Below are positions 13,769 through 27,468 of a DNA stretch of 64,000 bases, piece after piece. Origin of the DNA: Octopus sinensis (Eukaryota). Position numbers and translations under genes: made by a program. Positions within the stretch are counted from its first letter, which is position 1; each line of letters starts with the position of its first letter. Under the pieces are notes generated by a model. It saw nothing but the letters and a program-made list of their open reading frames with translations, was not told the origin of the DNA and made no database searches. The stretch spans positions 15,252,001-15,316,000 of the forward strand of contig NC_043017.1 of NCBI RefSeq assembly GCF_006345805.1, given 5' to 3'.

Positions 13769-14253
13769 TGCATTTGTGATTTTTTAATGTTTTTACCCCC
13801 ATACCTTCGTGAGTTGACTTGAGCAAACACTATATGAGAGAGATTTTCTTTAAGTATTAGAAATAGTTAAAAAATTTTTTTAGCTGCTATTTCTAATGAG
13901 TTCAGTATGTGGCAAAGTAATTTATTTTACTAAGCCCTTTTATATAATGTAATAATTTGAATTCGCCTTAAATGGTCCCTTTACATACTGAATACTTGGT
14001 GAAATTGATTAATAATTAATTAATTTTACCCTCAATTGTTGAAATTATAATTCATTTCTCTCTGTTTAATGCTTCGGTTTTTACCGATAAAACATGTTTG
14101 CCAATTTTAACCCACGCTGGTGGCAAGGGGAGAGCAGAAATTCTTCGCTTGCATATTTTGAATTTGTTAGCACTGTTAGTTCGAGCAAATTTCCGGAAGT
14201 GATAAGAAGCCAAAAGGGTATGCTCCCACTTTCAGTGTTCCCAAATCCGAATC

Positions 14254-14322
14254 AAGGAGTTCTGAGCTGACGAAGGAAATGTCGATTGACTAATCTAGAA
14301 ACGTACGTTCTCAAATAACCTT
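14254..14322 (+). ncRNA. Type I hammerhead ribozyme (array unit 3)
   Basis: Core at 14267-14273; differs from units 1 and 2 by a 1-nt deletion in the helix II terminal loop. Confidence 0.75.
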
Positions 14323-14597
14323 TGCATTTGTGATTTTTTAATGTTTTTACCCCCATACCTTCGTGAGTTGACTTGAGCAAACACTATATGAGAGAGATTT
14401 TCTTAAGTATTAGAAATAGTTAAAATTTTTTTTAGCTGCTATTTCTAATGAGTTCAGTATGTGGCAAAGTAATTTATTTTACTAAGCCCTTTTATATAAT
14501 GTAATAATTTGAATTCGCCTTAAATGGTCCCTTTACATACTGAATACTTGGTGAAATTGATTAATAATTAATTAATTTTACCCTCAATTGTTGAAAT

Positions 14598-14629
<32 letters not shown>

Positions 14630-14635
14630 ATATAT

Positions 14636-15212
14636 TTATAAATAAGGATAATATCGATGTTATCAAGTGGCCAGCATGGGAATAAATACCATACAAAGGT
14701 AATAATTTTTCACAACTATAAATAAGGGTATCTGAGAGACACCACCATGCCAAAATAGCAGTCAAATCCTGACTCTAAAAACCACGCAAAATGTTCATAT
14801 CGCACCACGAGACAAGACAGAGAGACAAAATAAACTAGCAAAAAGATATTACTGGATAATTCAAGATCCTGGATTTCTAGCTTTGCTTCAAATAAGCTTT
14901 GCTTTCGTCAGTTGAATATACCACATTAGCACATATATATACAAATATATATATATATATATATATACAATATATATATATATATTATATATATATATAT
15001 ATATATACAGAACACACGTTATACTTACATATACGAACGTCCAGACATAAATATGTATGCACGTATGTACAAGGCCAGGTTTAAATTGCCCGCCAACAAT
15101 TTTGCCTGTCTGTCTTGTCTCGTGGTGCGATATGAACATTTTAGGTGGTTTTTAGAGTCAGGGTTTGACTGCTATTTCGGCATGGTGGTGTCTCTCAGAT
15201 ACCCTTATTTAT

Positions 15213-15213
<1 letters not shown>
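14636..15213 (-). mobile_element. Hammerhead-bearing non-coding element with an inverted 5' arm
   Basis: 14717-14831 is the reverse complement of 15099-15213; hammerhead on the minus strand; (TA)n at both ends and internally. Confidence 0.8.
14853..14923 (-). ncRNA. Type I hammerhead ribozyme, predicted cleavage after AUC at 14865
   Basis: Minus strand: ATTCAA-CTGACGA-A AGC AAA GCTT ATTTG AAGC AAA GCT A-GAAA-TCCAGGAT-C-TTGAAT; 6-bp helix I, 3x3 loop, outer TGG/CCA. Confidence 0.82.
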
Positions 15214-15291
<78 letters not shown>

Positions 15292-17142
15292 GTATGTGCA
15301 TGTGTGTATATGTATATATATATATATATATGAGCGTATGTATCTATATGCCTACGGACACACACACATAAACACGCATATATGATTTTATATATATACG
15401 CTAAGTGGTGTGATAACTTCGTATAAAGCATAGGAGTGAAATATCAAGTAGAGTTGTTCTTTCTAGAAGCGAAATAGTAAAGTTGGTTCTAATATAATGA
15501 GGTGCAGAGAGTTAAATAAGTTTGATTAATAAAATTACGCCTGTTTGGGAGGTGGGGAGAAATAATTGATTTATTAATTTTCAAGACTGACCCTGAAAAA
15601 ATAGTGAGAGGCAAAATTGCATTCGATTAAGTTGAATTAAAGCTAGGAAAAAAATAGACAAGAGCTAATGACTCGTTTCCCACACCAACTATTCAATATT
15701 AATTTAATAGCATATTTTTTTCGAATGACTAGAAGAAAAGGTTACCATAAACCCGGCCGGTCATTTCATCACACAAACGGTCCCTGGGAATACGCTTCCA
15801 GCTTGGCTTGACACAGATATACATAAATATATAAATACGAGAATAATACACTTATGTGTGTTTGTGTGTGAACCTATATATGTATACATATCTTTATAAG
15901 TATATATGTATGCTTATAGAAAAGTATATATGTATATGTTTGCTCTGTGTTCTATGGAGATATCAAGAGAGATCAAGGCGGTCTTTAACAAAGCGACAAG
16001 ATGTTTTCAGTCAAGAGAGTTCTCTGTATTTGTAAATCTGTGGTTGGGTTGGTGTGTTGTTTGAGCTGTCGGTGGAAACACTTGAGGGGGGGGGGTCAAT
16101 ATTAAAGAGAATCTTTGGAACGTCTTACAAATCTTCATTGTGCCACTAAGAGACTAGATTTGGAGAATCCGCGTTAGTTTCTTTTGTATGCATGTAAATG
16201 TACGACTGAGAACAAATGCAAAACTAACACCCAACCCGCTTAGTAAGAATTTTATGTAAATAACATGTTAACTCAGGTCTGCATTCTGTTTTGGCAAACA
16301 GAGGCAACCACGTGACTTGAATTGATCAATGTAGGACATTTAAAAGCATTTTCAAATGGATTTTTCATTCCCTACATTCTGACTTTGCCATCTGCTGATG
16401 TAGACATGTTCTGCGCCCATGAAAATTTAATCAATGTGAAACTGAAGGTTTTCCTAGTGTGTGAGCGATTCATTAAACCTTTTCGTTAATCCTTTTCAAA
16501 CAAACGTATATATGTAGGTATATATCTAAATGTTTGTATGCTTGATGTTTTCATGTGAGTGTGTGTGTGTATGTATGTGGGTATGAATGTGCGCATGTGC
16601 GTATATATGATATGAAATGTCAGCGCATCCTACTTTAAATCCGTTACCTCATAAATATTACGTCATATTACTACCACGTGATTACATGTAAGATAGTGAT
16701 GCTACGATAGAAGTTCTGGACTATCATAGATTTCATACCGCATAAAGATAGAAAGAGAAGCAGAGAGACAGAAAGGGGAGAGTGAGAGAGAGAGTGGGGT
16801 AAGAGATTGGGAGAAAGTGGGTGAGTGAAAGAGCGAGGATGTGGTAGGTGTGAGGTGTCAATACACATGTCAGAAAATAATTCAAAGAATGTAGAGATGT
16901 TGGTTTAATGAGAGAAAATAGAGGTGTAAATATAGTGAGAGTGAGAGAGAAAGTGGCTGAGTGAGAGGGAGTGGTGAGTGAAAGGGAGTAAAGGAGAGAT
17001 CGAGTGGAGTCGGGGAGAGGGTGATAAAGAGTTGAGCACCGTAACCGAACGAACTTAGACGATGTTGCTCTTCAGATTTCGCTGAATAAAAGTGAAATTG
17101 CCGCGGGAAATTTGGGAAGGATGGGAAGGGAGCAAGAGAAGG

Positions 17143-17188
<46 letters not shown>

Positions 17189-17221
17189 GGCGAAGAGAGA
17201 TACAGAGATAATAAGAAAAGA

Positions 17222-17266
<45 letters not shown>

Positions 17267-17789
17267 GGGGAGGAAGAGACTGAGAGATATGTATGACCTT
17301 TTTTTTATTATTTTGAACATTAAAATTATCTGCACATCAAACACTTCACAGATATTGACAGGAAGTAGATTGGTATGATGGTAAGGAGAGAGCTAAGAGG
17401 AAGGAGGAGGCAGAAGAAAGGCAGAAGGATGAGAATTACATGATATTTTCATGATTTCTATGGAAAGTGAAAGTAAAAGTAAAGTCAATGTAAGTCAATT
17501 GCTTGAAAGATTTTTTTTTTATGGTTTGATTCGAAAGTATTTTCATTTCTCTCCATCTGTAAAATATTTTATTATAGAAGGGTCGAGGGTACGGAGGTGA
17601 GTTTTAGGTTTGGGTTCATGGGAAATATTTCCGTAGGGTTGCTGATGTTAGTATTGTTGTTGTTGTTGTTGTTGATGGTGTTGGCGGTGCTATTGGCGAT
17701 GGTGATATTTGTATTGTTGTAGGTGTTGTTATTATTAGTGGCAACGGTATTGTTATTGAAGTTGTTATTGTTTAGTCCTAGGTGAGATC

Positions 17790-18370
17790 TGATTTATTCC
17801 AGCTGTGACCATCCCGTGTTATAATCTGCTATTTCGCTATCTACTGCTTCGTCCCTTTATTCCGAACCTGCAATTGGAACATTTGGTTTCCATTTCCAGT
17901 AGGTCAAGACCCCAAGTAGTGACTCACTCGATTGCTCCTACCCGGGGTGTTGTTGTTTATCTCCACGTTAGATCTCAGTCAGTTGACCTTTGATCAATTA
18001 CCATCCATTAGTGACCATCCTATGTCTAAGTTCATTGTGAGTCTGCGTCTGTTTGTCCAACGTTCGTGTCATGATGCGATCGGAGGGATCTGACTATTTC
18101 TGTCCTGATGGTAAATCCCAAACCAGAGTGGTGTGGCTCGTTCTCATTTCTTCCACACTTTATCCACCTTTGCTTTCTTCTAACCGTGATCATCTTGCAA
18201 GACGGGTTTCACTAAGTGCGGCTTTCTCAATTTTGTGCTTCTTTAGTTCAAGAGCAGCCAATGCTGCTTTTCGTTCCGGTGTTGAGGGATTGTCTTGAAG
18301 AGCATGCGCATTCGAAGGACCAAGGTCACCATTCTTCTACTGCGTTGCTGGATAACCAGTGAACTGTAGC
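17790..18370 (-). pseudogene. Old degraded RTE endonuclease (APE) remnant
   Basis: Minus translation STPERKAALAALELKKHKIEKAALSETRLA resembles the RTE motif RPERRTALxARELxRYxIDIAALSETR; many stops downstream. Confidence 0.55.
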
Positions 18371-18759
18371 GGGCTACCACGTTTAAGGCGAATAAGCAAT
18401 GTTTAGGGCTCCAAAAATATATAAAATTTTAAGATATAAATAAAATTGAAATATATATTTAAAAAAATGAAAACAGTATATACCTGTGTACCTACAGTTG
18501 GATGACTACTCATCAGTTCCTCCGTCCTTTGACGGGTTCTCTTCTTCATCCAGCAGAGTGTCCAACTATCACCCTCCTCACCAACCAAACTCGGTGTTGT
18601 TGACAGTTTAGTCGCCGACGACGCAACCATGCAATAGGTCGTACTCAGCTACGTGTTACCAGTAGCGCTCAAGAGCAACTTCACACATACACACACGAAC
18701 ACACGCACACACATATTATATATATGTATGTGTGAGCATATATATATATATATACACAC

Positions 18760-18920
18760 ACGACGGGCTTCTTTCAGTTTCTGTCTGCTAAACCCTCTGA
18801 CAAGGCTTTGCCCGGCCCGAGACCATAGTAAAAGACACTCTCTCCCAAGGTGCCACGTAGTGGGACTGAACCTGGAACCATATGCTTGGGAAGCAAACTT
18901 CTTACCAACAGCCACGCCTA
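18760..18920 (-). mobile_element. SINE 5' half (same family as 7965-8412)
   Basis: Minus strand reads ...CCAGGTTCAGTCCCACTACGTGGCACCTTGGGAGAGTGTC...GAAACTGAAAGAAGCCCGTCG. Confidence 0.8.
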
Positions 18921-20249
18921 TGTTTGAATAGAGGGATGGATGAATGATGGATGCAATGCATTTCGGGAACAATGACGTCAGAGGTAAGAGATTTCGAATG
19001 GTAACAGACTAATTCCTGATTTATTGTTCTCTGACAGTGGCAATGATTAGGGACTTTGCGAGACTCGATCTCGAGCAAAAATGGAGAAAAGTCATTGAAA
19101 CGAACCAATTTCCGGGATTCGGTGGTTTTCACCGTCGAATATAAACCATCCGCATAAATTTGTATCACTTTGCTCCATAGATAGGGATCTATATAGTGTG
19201 ACCGATAGAGTGCAGGGTGCTACGGTGTGTCACAGCCCACCCAGCTATAGATAAGTATCGCAAGATGTCATTATACCTATTGGGTATTGGAACTGCATAT
19301 ATGGCACAGTCACAGTATGAGACAGATGGCACCACAGATGGTTATAATCTACTGCTGAAACTAGTTAAGACGGCGTGATATAGTTTACGCGTGACTTTGT
19401 TATAAAACGGTGCCGTAGTCATGTGATTCACAGCCGCACTTGCAAGTGTGATACAGGACATGTCACCGTTGGCTGTCAGCAGGTTTCATACAGTGATATA
19501 ATTTAAACAGGTAGGTAACTAGGTAAGAAGTGCAGTCTATGCATCACTTAACAGTAAATAGATACAACTGTAAATTATATCAGTTTGGTAACAAGTTAAC
19601 ACTTTGAGACAGAGTCCAATCTCTATTAGCCGCAAATCAAGAATTATGGCCTAAGCTATTTATCATATTTGATAGAATATATAATGCAGTTATTTTTAAA
19701 TAATATCCCAAAACATAATCACTTTGGGACCACCTATATGTGAAGTTGAGCCAATATTACATGCTTTATTGCACTCTAAATTGCTTTTCCCTTCTGGATA
19801 TGCACTACTGAAATTGGGGTGCGTCTAATTCGCTCATGCATTTTTATGCCATCGAGAACGCTATTTCCCAGTTGTCTATTTATCAGTGAAGTCTGGTCCG
19901 ACGTTCTATAATTTTCTTCTTTTGACAGCATCCGAACAATCTGCACACAGATATAAGTTAAGTTGTATCGTTGTATCCCAACCATTTCTCTCCTCAGGTA
20001 GATGTCATCTGTTACAAGAGGCATTTCGTCCCACTCGTTCCTCTGTCTCCTATTAACTCAAGAGAAATAGTAATTGGTGCTACTTTAGATCCTTGTAATA
20101 TAATCTTTGTAATAATCCCTTTAAACTATCATAATACTAAATAGCTGGATGAGTATTAAATAGTTTATTTGTATCACATTTTTGTGTTGTCTTTACCATT
20201 TGCTTCGGAAGAAGGAGAGATTTCCATGTGACCCCAGGTCCTTACATAT

Positions 20250-20700
20250 GGACGGGGTCAACGAAGATAATTGTTTAGCAACATAAAAAAAACACGGACG
20301 TGGAAGCATTCCCGAAGATTAACGTTGTGAGAAAGAAGGGGTATGTGTAGGGGTCAGTGATGGACCTGAAGCAGAGAGACGGACATCATGCGGTTAAGAA
20401 GATGAAGGATGAAGGATCGGTTCGGAGTTGTAGCGGAGGTGACACGAAGCCACTTTGAGTCTTAATTCAGATATCATTGTAGTTGCAGTAGAGATTGCAG
20501 AGAGAGGAGACACAGCTTGTGTGGAACACAAGATAGAGTGTGATGGTGAGTGGCTTTATGAAGCACCAATCCTTCCAATACTTTAGCACGATACAGACAG
20601 GCAGCCCACGTGGGAGTGATGGCAGAACCGAAAACAACCTTCAATCAGCTGCCTCCGTCTACGAAATATAAAGGCGTAAAAGAAGGGAAGGTCATGGTTG
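20250..20700 (-). pseudogene. Probable ancient CR1/L2-group LINE 3' remnant
   Basis: Minus translation AVSSLCNLYCNYNDI resembles the post-RT segment of CR1/L2-group LINEs; heavily decayed. Confidence 0.35.
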
Positions 20701-21009
20701 GATCGTTGTTGATCATTGGAATATTCGATCTAAAATGACTTAAAGCTAATCAACAACAACAGCTTTGATTCAACAAAAGTGCATTTTACGATAATTCAAT
20801 CGGAGAGAAATAACGCCCAACTTCCATTCACATTAAACCAATCAACTTTAAAAGAGAAAGACTATTTAACAGTGTATTCTTAGACACACTAGACCAGAAA
20901 ATATGTATTGGACGGTCACGCCTGAAACACCTGTAACAATTGCAATAGGGATATTCCAACAAGGTCACAGTAAGGCCAACGTTGGTCAGACAGTCACTCA
21001 GTTAATTAG

Positions 21010-21450
21010 TTAGACAGTGGCCAAGGACATGACATGGTAGAAGATGACAGAGCAGTCCGATGCATGCTGAGAGGGTTCTGCTGCAGCTCGGGCATTGGTG
21101 GTCGGTTGGGACTGAAAGCAAGGAATTGTTTCTGGACTTGTATAGCTTGCATTGTCTTTTGTGTCCCTGCAATCTCGTCTGTAGGAAGTGGCACCTCTGT
21201 TGGCGCAGCTTCGCCAGGCAGGGCAGTTTTATGCTTATGTTTCCCAGGTGTCAGCGGGGGGTGGGGGTGGAGTAGATCTCAAACCTCTTCGGTGAGGCTT
21301 TGAGTGTATCCTTGAAGCACATTTTCCGACCCCCTTGTGTGCACTTGTCTTCTGCCAGTTTACTGTAAGACAGTTTCTTAAAGGGTCGCGTGTCGGGCAT
21401 TCGTGCAAGGTGGCCTGCCCGCCTGACTTGCGCTCTTCTCAGCAATGTGT
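21010..21450 (-). mobile_element. RTE LINE 3' fragment (different subfamily from 9062-12383)
   Basis: ORF 21251-21445 LRRAQVRRAGHLARMPDTRPFKKLSYSKL...FKDTLKAS matches the RTE C-terminal region; a decayed Cys/His motif follows. Confidence 0.75.
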
Positions 21451-22362
21451 AAATGCCAAAGTAACAACAAAAACAACAGCGATATATATCGAACAGGAAC
21501 CAACATCTCGCTTACGTTCCCGCCATTATGTTAACTTTACATATAAAAATGTATCCAGAAATAATCGTTAAATTTTCACTGAAAACTCGACAATACGGAC
21601 GTAATTTAATCTTTTTCGTTTATTGGTATTCCTAGATCTAAAATGATAACGAAGATACGTCATCTTTGAGGCAGTTCCACACATTTCCTTCTTTGATACT
21701 GGTCGTGTAGTCGAGTTTTCTATCAAAAGAATAATTTCTTTAAAACAATTTCTTCTTCTTCGTCTTATTATCATTATGGTACTCAGAAACGCTAACTTCA
21801 TTAAAAACTTTATTAATATCAATTCTATCGCTGCCGGCTATTAAAATCATTTGAATTATTTCTTCTATACTGCTTACATTATAAATTTTATTATAAAACA
21901 TGCAATTATAATGGATTTCGTTGCTGTGGCGTGATTTGTTTTTATATTTATTTATGATGTAAATGTCCTTTTTTTATGTAATATATAATTATACTTCTTA
22001 TTTTATGTGTCCTTCGTATCGATAAAATAATCTAAGCACCAGACCACTGTGCTACATATTAATTTTGACAAACAGTAATTTATGCACGGTAAAATATAAG
22101 ACTTTATCATGGCGATTTTCATCTCTCAATATCTGTCAGTTAACTCTTAAAACAACGTTTATTTTGACATGTAACTGTAAAGATGGCGGCCACGTTGCGT
22201 GTCGGTCTGGAGGTTGCGCCCACACATACAAGTACACATACACACAAACCACGTACACTATTATATACACACATATATCTATGTTCGTCACATATATATA
22301 TATGGACATGAGCATGTGTGTATTTATATATGTAATTATGTATCTACGTATTCTTATGTGTG

Positions 22363-22397
<35 letters not shown>

Positions 22398-22674
22398 CAC
22401 ATGCACATATATATGAGCACATGAGCACATATATATATATATGAGCACATGCACACACACACGCTCACACACGTATACATACAGACACAAGACATATACA
22501 AATATATGTTTTTATGTGCATAAAAATATAAATTTATTGCGTTTTACTAATGCATGCATATAAACACGCACACACACACATATATATATGTGTGTGTGTG
22601 TGTATGTGTATGTGTGTGTTATCTTTTCATATGCAAGTTATCTTATATGCCTCTATGTGTATATATAAATAAAT

Positions 22675-22730
<56 letters not shown>

Positions 22731-23452
22731 ATGACTGTGTGAATATGTGCGTATATATATATATGCGCATATATATATATATATATATATATATGACTGT
22801 GTGACTATGTGCGTATATATATATATATATTATATATATATAGACACACACATATACGTGCGTGTGCGAAGATAATCTTAAACGGTAGAACAAATTAAAT
22901 ATGAATAGGAAATACGAAATAACCAAAAAATAAAATAAAATACAAATCCGTCGAAACTCTGCAAAACTAGAGACAAAAATATAAAGAAAAAAACCGATCC
23001 ACGAAAGAATGACATATTTGATGTGGAATGGAGAATGGAATGGCAGGAGTGTTTGGTTTTGATGGGAATATTCTGAAGAAATGTTGTTATCTGGTGCTGA
23101 TATCTTAAAAAGCATTAGAGCGAAAAATATTGAAATGTTGCGAAGAACGCTGCTAGCTCCAGGCCAAATGTCTTTTGGTTTAGAAGAAAAAATATTCCAG
23201 TCACTTAAGATTTTTGTTGTATGTCATGTCACCGCGGTTCAGACAAATATACACTCGTCGATTAAAACTACTATATTATGCCGCCAGGCAGGATTGAACC
23301 CGGCTTATCTGATTTAAATGAAAATAATGAACATTAATGCCGCTGACAATATACAGCTGATGGTCGAAAGATAGCATTGAGTACAGACATGAGCACAAAC
23401 ACAAATATGTATATACATGTGAGTTTCTGTGCTTGAGAGCCTCTCTCTCTCT

Positions 23453-23491
<39 letters not shown>

Positions 23492-23494
<3 letters not shown>

Positions 23495-24900
23495 TGATTG
23501 ATTGATTGATTCTAGTTTCAGCTTATGAGCTGTGGCCATGCTGGGGCACCGCCATTTGGTGTTGCTACTTGGTTTACACTTCATGGAGGCTTTCTAGCAA
23601 CTGCTATTTGGTGCATGAGAGAGTTCGATGCAGCTGCCCTCATCTGCCCCTCCTGCCGTGAAGTTGGTTCATCTGGACACCTGACAGGAAGAATCCAGCT
23701 TCATTTTAAAGACATCTGTATCCACCCCATGCAGGTCTCTCAGGTTCTTCGGGAGGATATTGAAGAGCTGTGGGCCTCGGAAGCCCAGGCTATCACAGAA
23801 TCTTGTCCTACATCTTGATGGCAGGTTTGGAGTCCTAGGCACCACGCAGTGGCGCCCAGTTCTGGCATTTGCGTAACTCTCGATGCCAAAGTTCAGGATA
23901 CTTCCCTCCAGGATCTTCCAGATGTATATTATGGCATATCTTTCCCGCCTCTCTTGAGTCTTTCCCAGTAGCTTACATTCTGCATAGAGGCTATCTTCTT
24001 TGTGTAGCTTCGTTGGATCGCCTCAAGTTCTGTGATCAACTTGACACTGGATGGTGACCATAGCTGAGAGCAATAGTCAAAGTGGCTTAGGACAAGTGTC
24101 TTCCAGAGGACCATCATGGTTTCTTGTTCTCTTGTTCTGAAGGTTCTAAGAATCCATCCAGCCAGCCGTCTACATTTCATTGTCAGTTTAGCAACATGTA
24201 CATGAAAGGTCGCGTCATCACTCATGTGAATACCCAGGTCACGCACTGATTGTGCCTCTGGGATTGCAATCCCTCCGGGTCCAGTGTATTCATTGGGTAT
24301 TGCATTCAGTTTTGCATGCTGATAGTATAAAGCTTGAAACTTTCCAGCATTGAACTGCATGCTATTCTTTTCAGCCCACTTGTATATTTCGTCCAGCTCA
24401 CATTGCAGGTGTTATTAGTGTCCTCAGGGTTCTGTATTGCCTGTGAAACTTTTGTATCATCTGCATAACTTGTGATCGTGGCTCTCTGCATGGCTGAGGG
24501 CATGGTCTGAGAGGGCCATTATGAACAGTAGTGATCCCAGAACAGTGCCCTGCGGAACACCGCTCACTATTTGTTGTTAATGGAGGTGGCCCCTTGGCTA
24601 CTACCACCTGACTTCTATCCTTCAGAAAGTCATGAAGCCATTCTCCCAGTTTTCCAACTATGTTGAGATCACGCAGTTTGTGACATATCATTCCATGATC
24701 GACTTTATCAAAGGCTTTGCAAAGTCGAGATATATCACTTCCACATTTGAGTGGTTGAGCAGCCGTTTCAGCACCCAGTCATAGTGTTGTAGGAGCTAGT
24801 TAAACAGCTTCTTCCTGGTCGGAAACCATGTTTGGGTGTCGGGCAGCAAGTCATTCTCTTCAAGGAAGGTGATCAGCTTCCTTTGACTATTCGTTCCATG
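23492..24900 (-). mobile_element. CR1-like LINE, 5'-truncated, with (AATC)n tail
   Basis: FAKAFDKVDHG, SYADDTKV, FNAGKFQ, RDLGI, DYCSQLWSP, LEAIQR motifs; 3' stem-loop at 23511-23553 then (AATC)n. Confidence 0.9.
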
Positions 24901-25041
24901 ACCTTGCTGATATATATACATATATATATATGTGTGTGTGTGTTTGTGTATATGTATACTAAGAGATATACAGATAGAGGAAATACATTGATGTGTATGT
25001 GTATGTATGTATGGATATACACACCGATATATGTGTGTGTG

Positions 25042-25093
<52 letters not shown>

Positions 25094-25632
25094 GGGTGTC
25101 ATATATTTGCCTACGTTTATTATTAACAAAATGTAAAAGTATCCCTGCAAGACTATAAAGCAGGTCATACAACCAGGGCCAGTGAAGAATAAGAATTCAC
25201 TAGAATAAATTCTTCGTCCAATTTCCAGGACTGCATTTGGTTGTTAGAAGCCGAGGTTTCGGTCTTGAAATCCTAACAAAAGCCTTTGCCCAACTATATC
25301 TCATCACCATTCTTTTATTTTGGGGGTTTGCTAGAATATACAGAGTACCTTCAGTTTTTTTTTTTTTACTTATTTGCACTTTCAGAATGTAGGAAAAAAC
25401 ATTGATCAGCGCATCGATGTTGTTTGGACGACAACGAAATGAGCACTGTCCCGTCAGTTGTAATTATTATCTACATTGCCATTTCCTGCTTGAAAGTCTA
25501 GTTTTTGAATGTATGGAGACAGACAGACAGACAGCCACACAGATATATAAATATATATATATTTATATACATATATATATATATATATTATATATATATA
25601 TATATATTATATTTTATACATACATATCTATA

Positions 25633-25703
<71 letters not shown>

Positions 25704-26335
25704 TATATATATATATATATAAAATGAAGGTATAGTTATCCAATTTATACGCTCAACTAATTAGTGCTCAAATGAAGCTTCAGAAATATAAATAAAGGAG
25801 GAGAGAAACAAATGTCAAAGGTCGGTGTGTATATTCATTCAATCCATTTCAAATTATCGAAATTCTCCGCAATATATATCGATGCGTTCACATATATGAG
25901 ACCTGACAAAACTTCATAAGAATGTATAAATAAACATAGGAAGATTTATAAATATATAAAAATTCATAAATATATCTAAAAAATTATAAACATATAAAAA
26001 TTAATAAATAAATAAATAGATGTACTTGCGAGGTTTGAATGTCTGTTTTAGAATCAATGAGGAGGGAAGATGAGAAAGTTCAGAACAAGACGATTCCTGA
26101 GGAATCCTGAATAAATACAAAGTCTTATGGCCGTTTCAGGAAGATATCGGTTGGTGTGGGAGAGCTAACTCCAATCAGAGCAATTCTCTATACTTCTCTC
26201 ATCAGACTTAAGAGATTCAAAAGAGTTATTAAAATTTTAAGAAACATGAAAGATTTGAGAATTTATAAAAAACGAATACTTTGTCGGAGCATGCTGTTCA
26301 TGCGAATGATATAATCTTGTAAAATATTATTAACA

Positions 26336-26523
26336 ACTAGCAGTATAACCCGGCCTTGCCCGGGATTACATTACGGTTATTAAGCCAATCAAGTTCTTTA
26401 TTTCAAACCAAACTAAGTAATATAGACGTCAAATTTGGGCGAAATCCGTTGAAATTAGTTATATTATATATTATATATATTATATATATATATATATTTA
26501 TATTATATATATATATTATATAT

Positions 26524-26555
<32 letters not shown>

Positions 26556-27137
26556 TATGTATATTATATATATATAATATTATATAAATATATATGGGCA
26601 ACAGACACGAACACACATACACACACGTACGTACGTACAACTATTGCATGTTTTGTGCACGCATACATGTTCATAAACAGAAATGAATGGAAAAATGTTG
26701 TTAAATTTGTATATTAACACTCGCACGATTTTCACTAAAGTATATTTCAAAAACAAAAAACGAAACATGTTACATTTTATTTTTTATGAACGTCATAACT
26801 TACTTTCTCTCTCTCTCCTTCTCTTACTTTGTCTTTCCCGTGAACTCTCTGTCTCCTTCTTCTACTTTTCTTTATCTTCTTTTTTGTTAGACGCCATCAA
26901 AAAAGCCAAGGCTGATATTCCTCGTGGCTAAAAGCTATGTCTGAAAATAGATATTTACGCTACCCACGGGTGCCTTGGGGTAAAAAATAAGTTGACAAAA
27001 CCCAGATAGGATGTTGACAAATGTCCTCCTAAAATTTGAGCGACATGCGTGCTAATTTGTGGACGTACATAAATGACAATCACGTACACACACACACACA
27101 CACACACGCACACACATCCTCCCTTTTATAGATATGA
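26336..27137 (+). mobile_element. Possible non-autonomous Helitron/Helentron-like element with internal microsatellites
   Basis: Starts ACTAGCAGTATAACCCGGCCTTGCCCGGG and ends AAATTTGAGC...(CA)n...TTTTATAGATATGAT, the layout of short invertebrate Helitron-like repeats; assignment by resemblance only. Confidence 0.4.
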
Positions 27138-27366
27138 TTAGGCTTCACTGGTTAAGAAACGTTACGACGCTATATACATGATAGTATTTTAAGACGAATC
27201 CATAATATGAAGGGTGACTAGATTAAAATCTTATTGGCTAATTATTTGGTGGGGAAGAATTTAAAAGTTGAAGGTTATGAGTTCGAATCCTGGACCGGGC
27301 TGCGTGCTGTGTTGTTGAGCCAGATATAGCGAATAAGGCCAGCGTCTCATTAGGCCAACAATGTCT

Positions 27367-27429
<63 letters not shown>

Positions 27430-27436
27430 TATATCT

Positions 27437-27468
<32 letters not shown>

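Larger units (their letters stand above)
13041..14601 (+). mobile_element. Head-to-tail tandem array, ~2.8 units of 555-560 bp, one hammerhead per unit (retrozyme-like or PLE-derived non-autonomous element)
   Basis: Unit starts TTTTGAATTTGTTAGC at 13041, 13601 and 14156; units differ only by small indels and SNPs; (TA)n on both sides; non-coding. Confidence 0.9.

Noticed and set aside
19780-20050. LVTDDIYL...GIQRYNL as an RT remnant
   Set aside because: Resemblance to a YADD region is too weak to call by eye.
22180-22190. AAGATGGCGGC (YY1-like promoter/start motif)
   Set aside because: Single short motif with no CpG island, exon or ORF support nearby.
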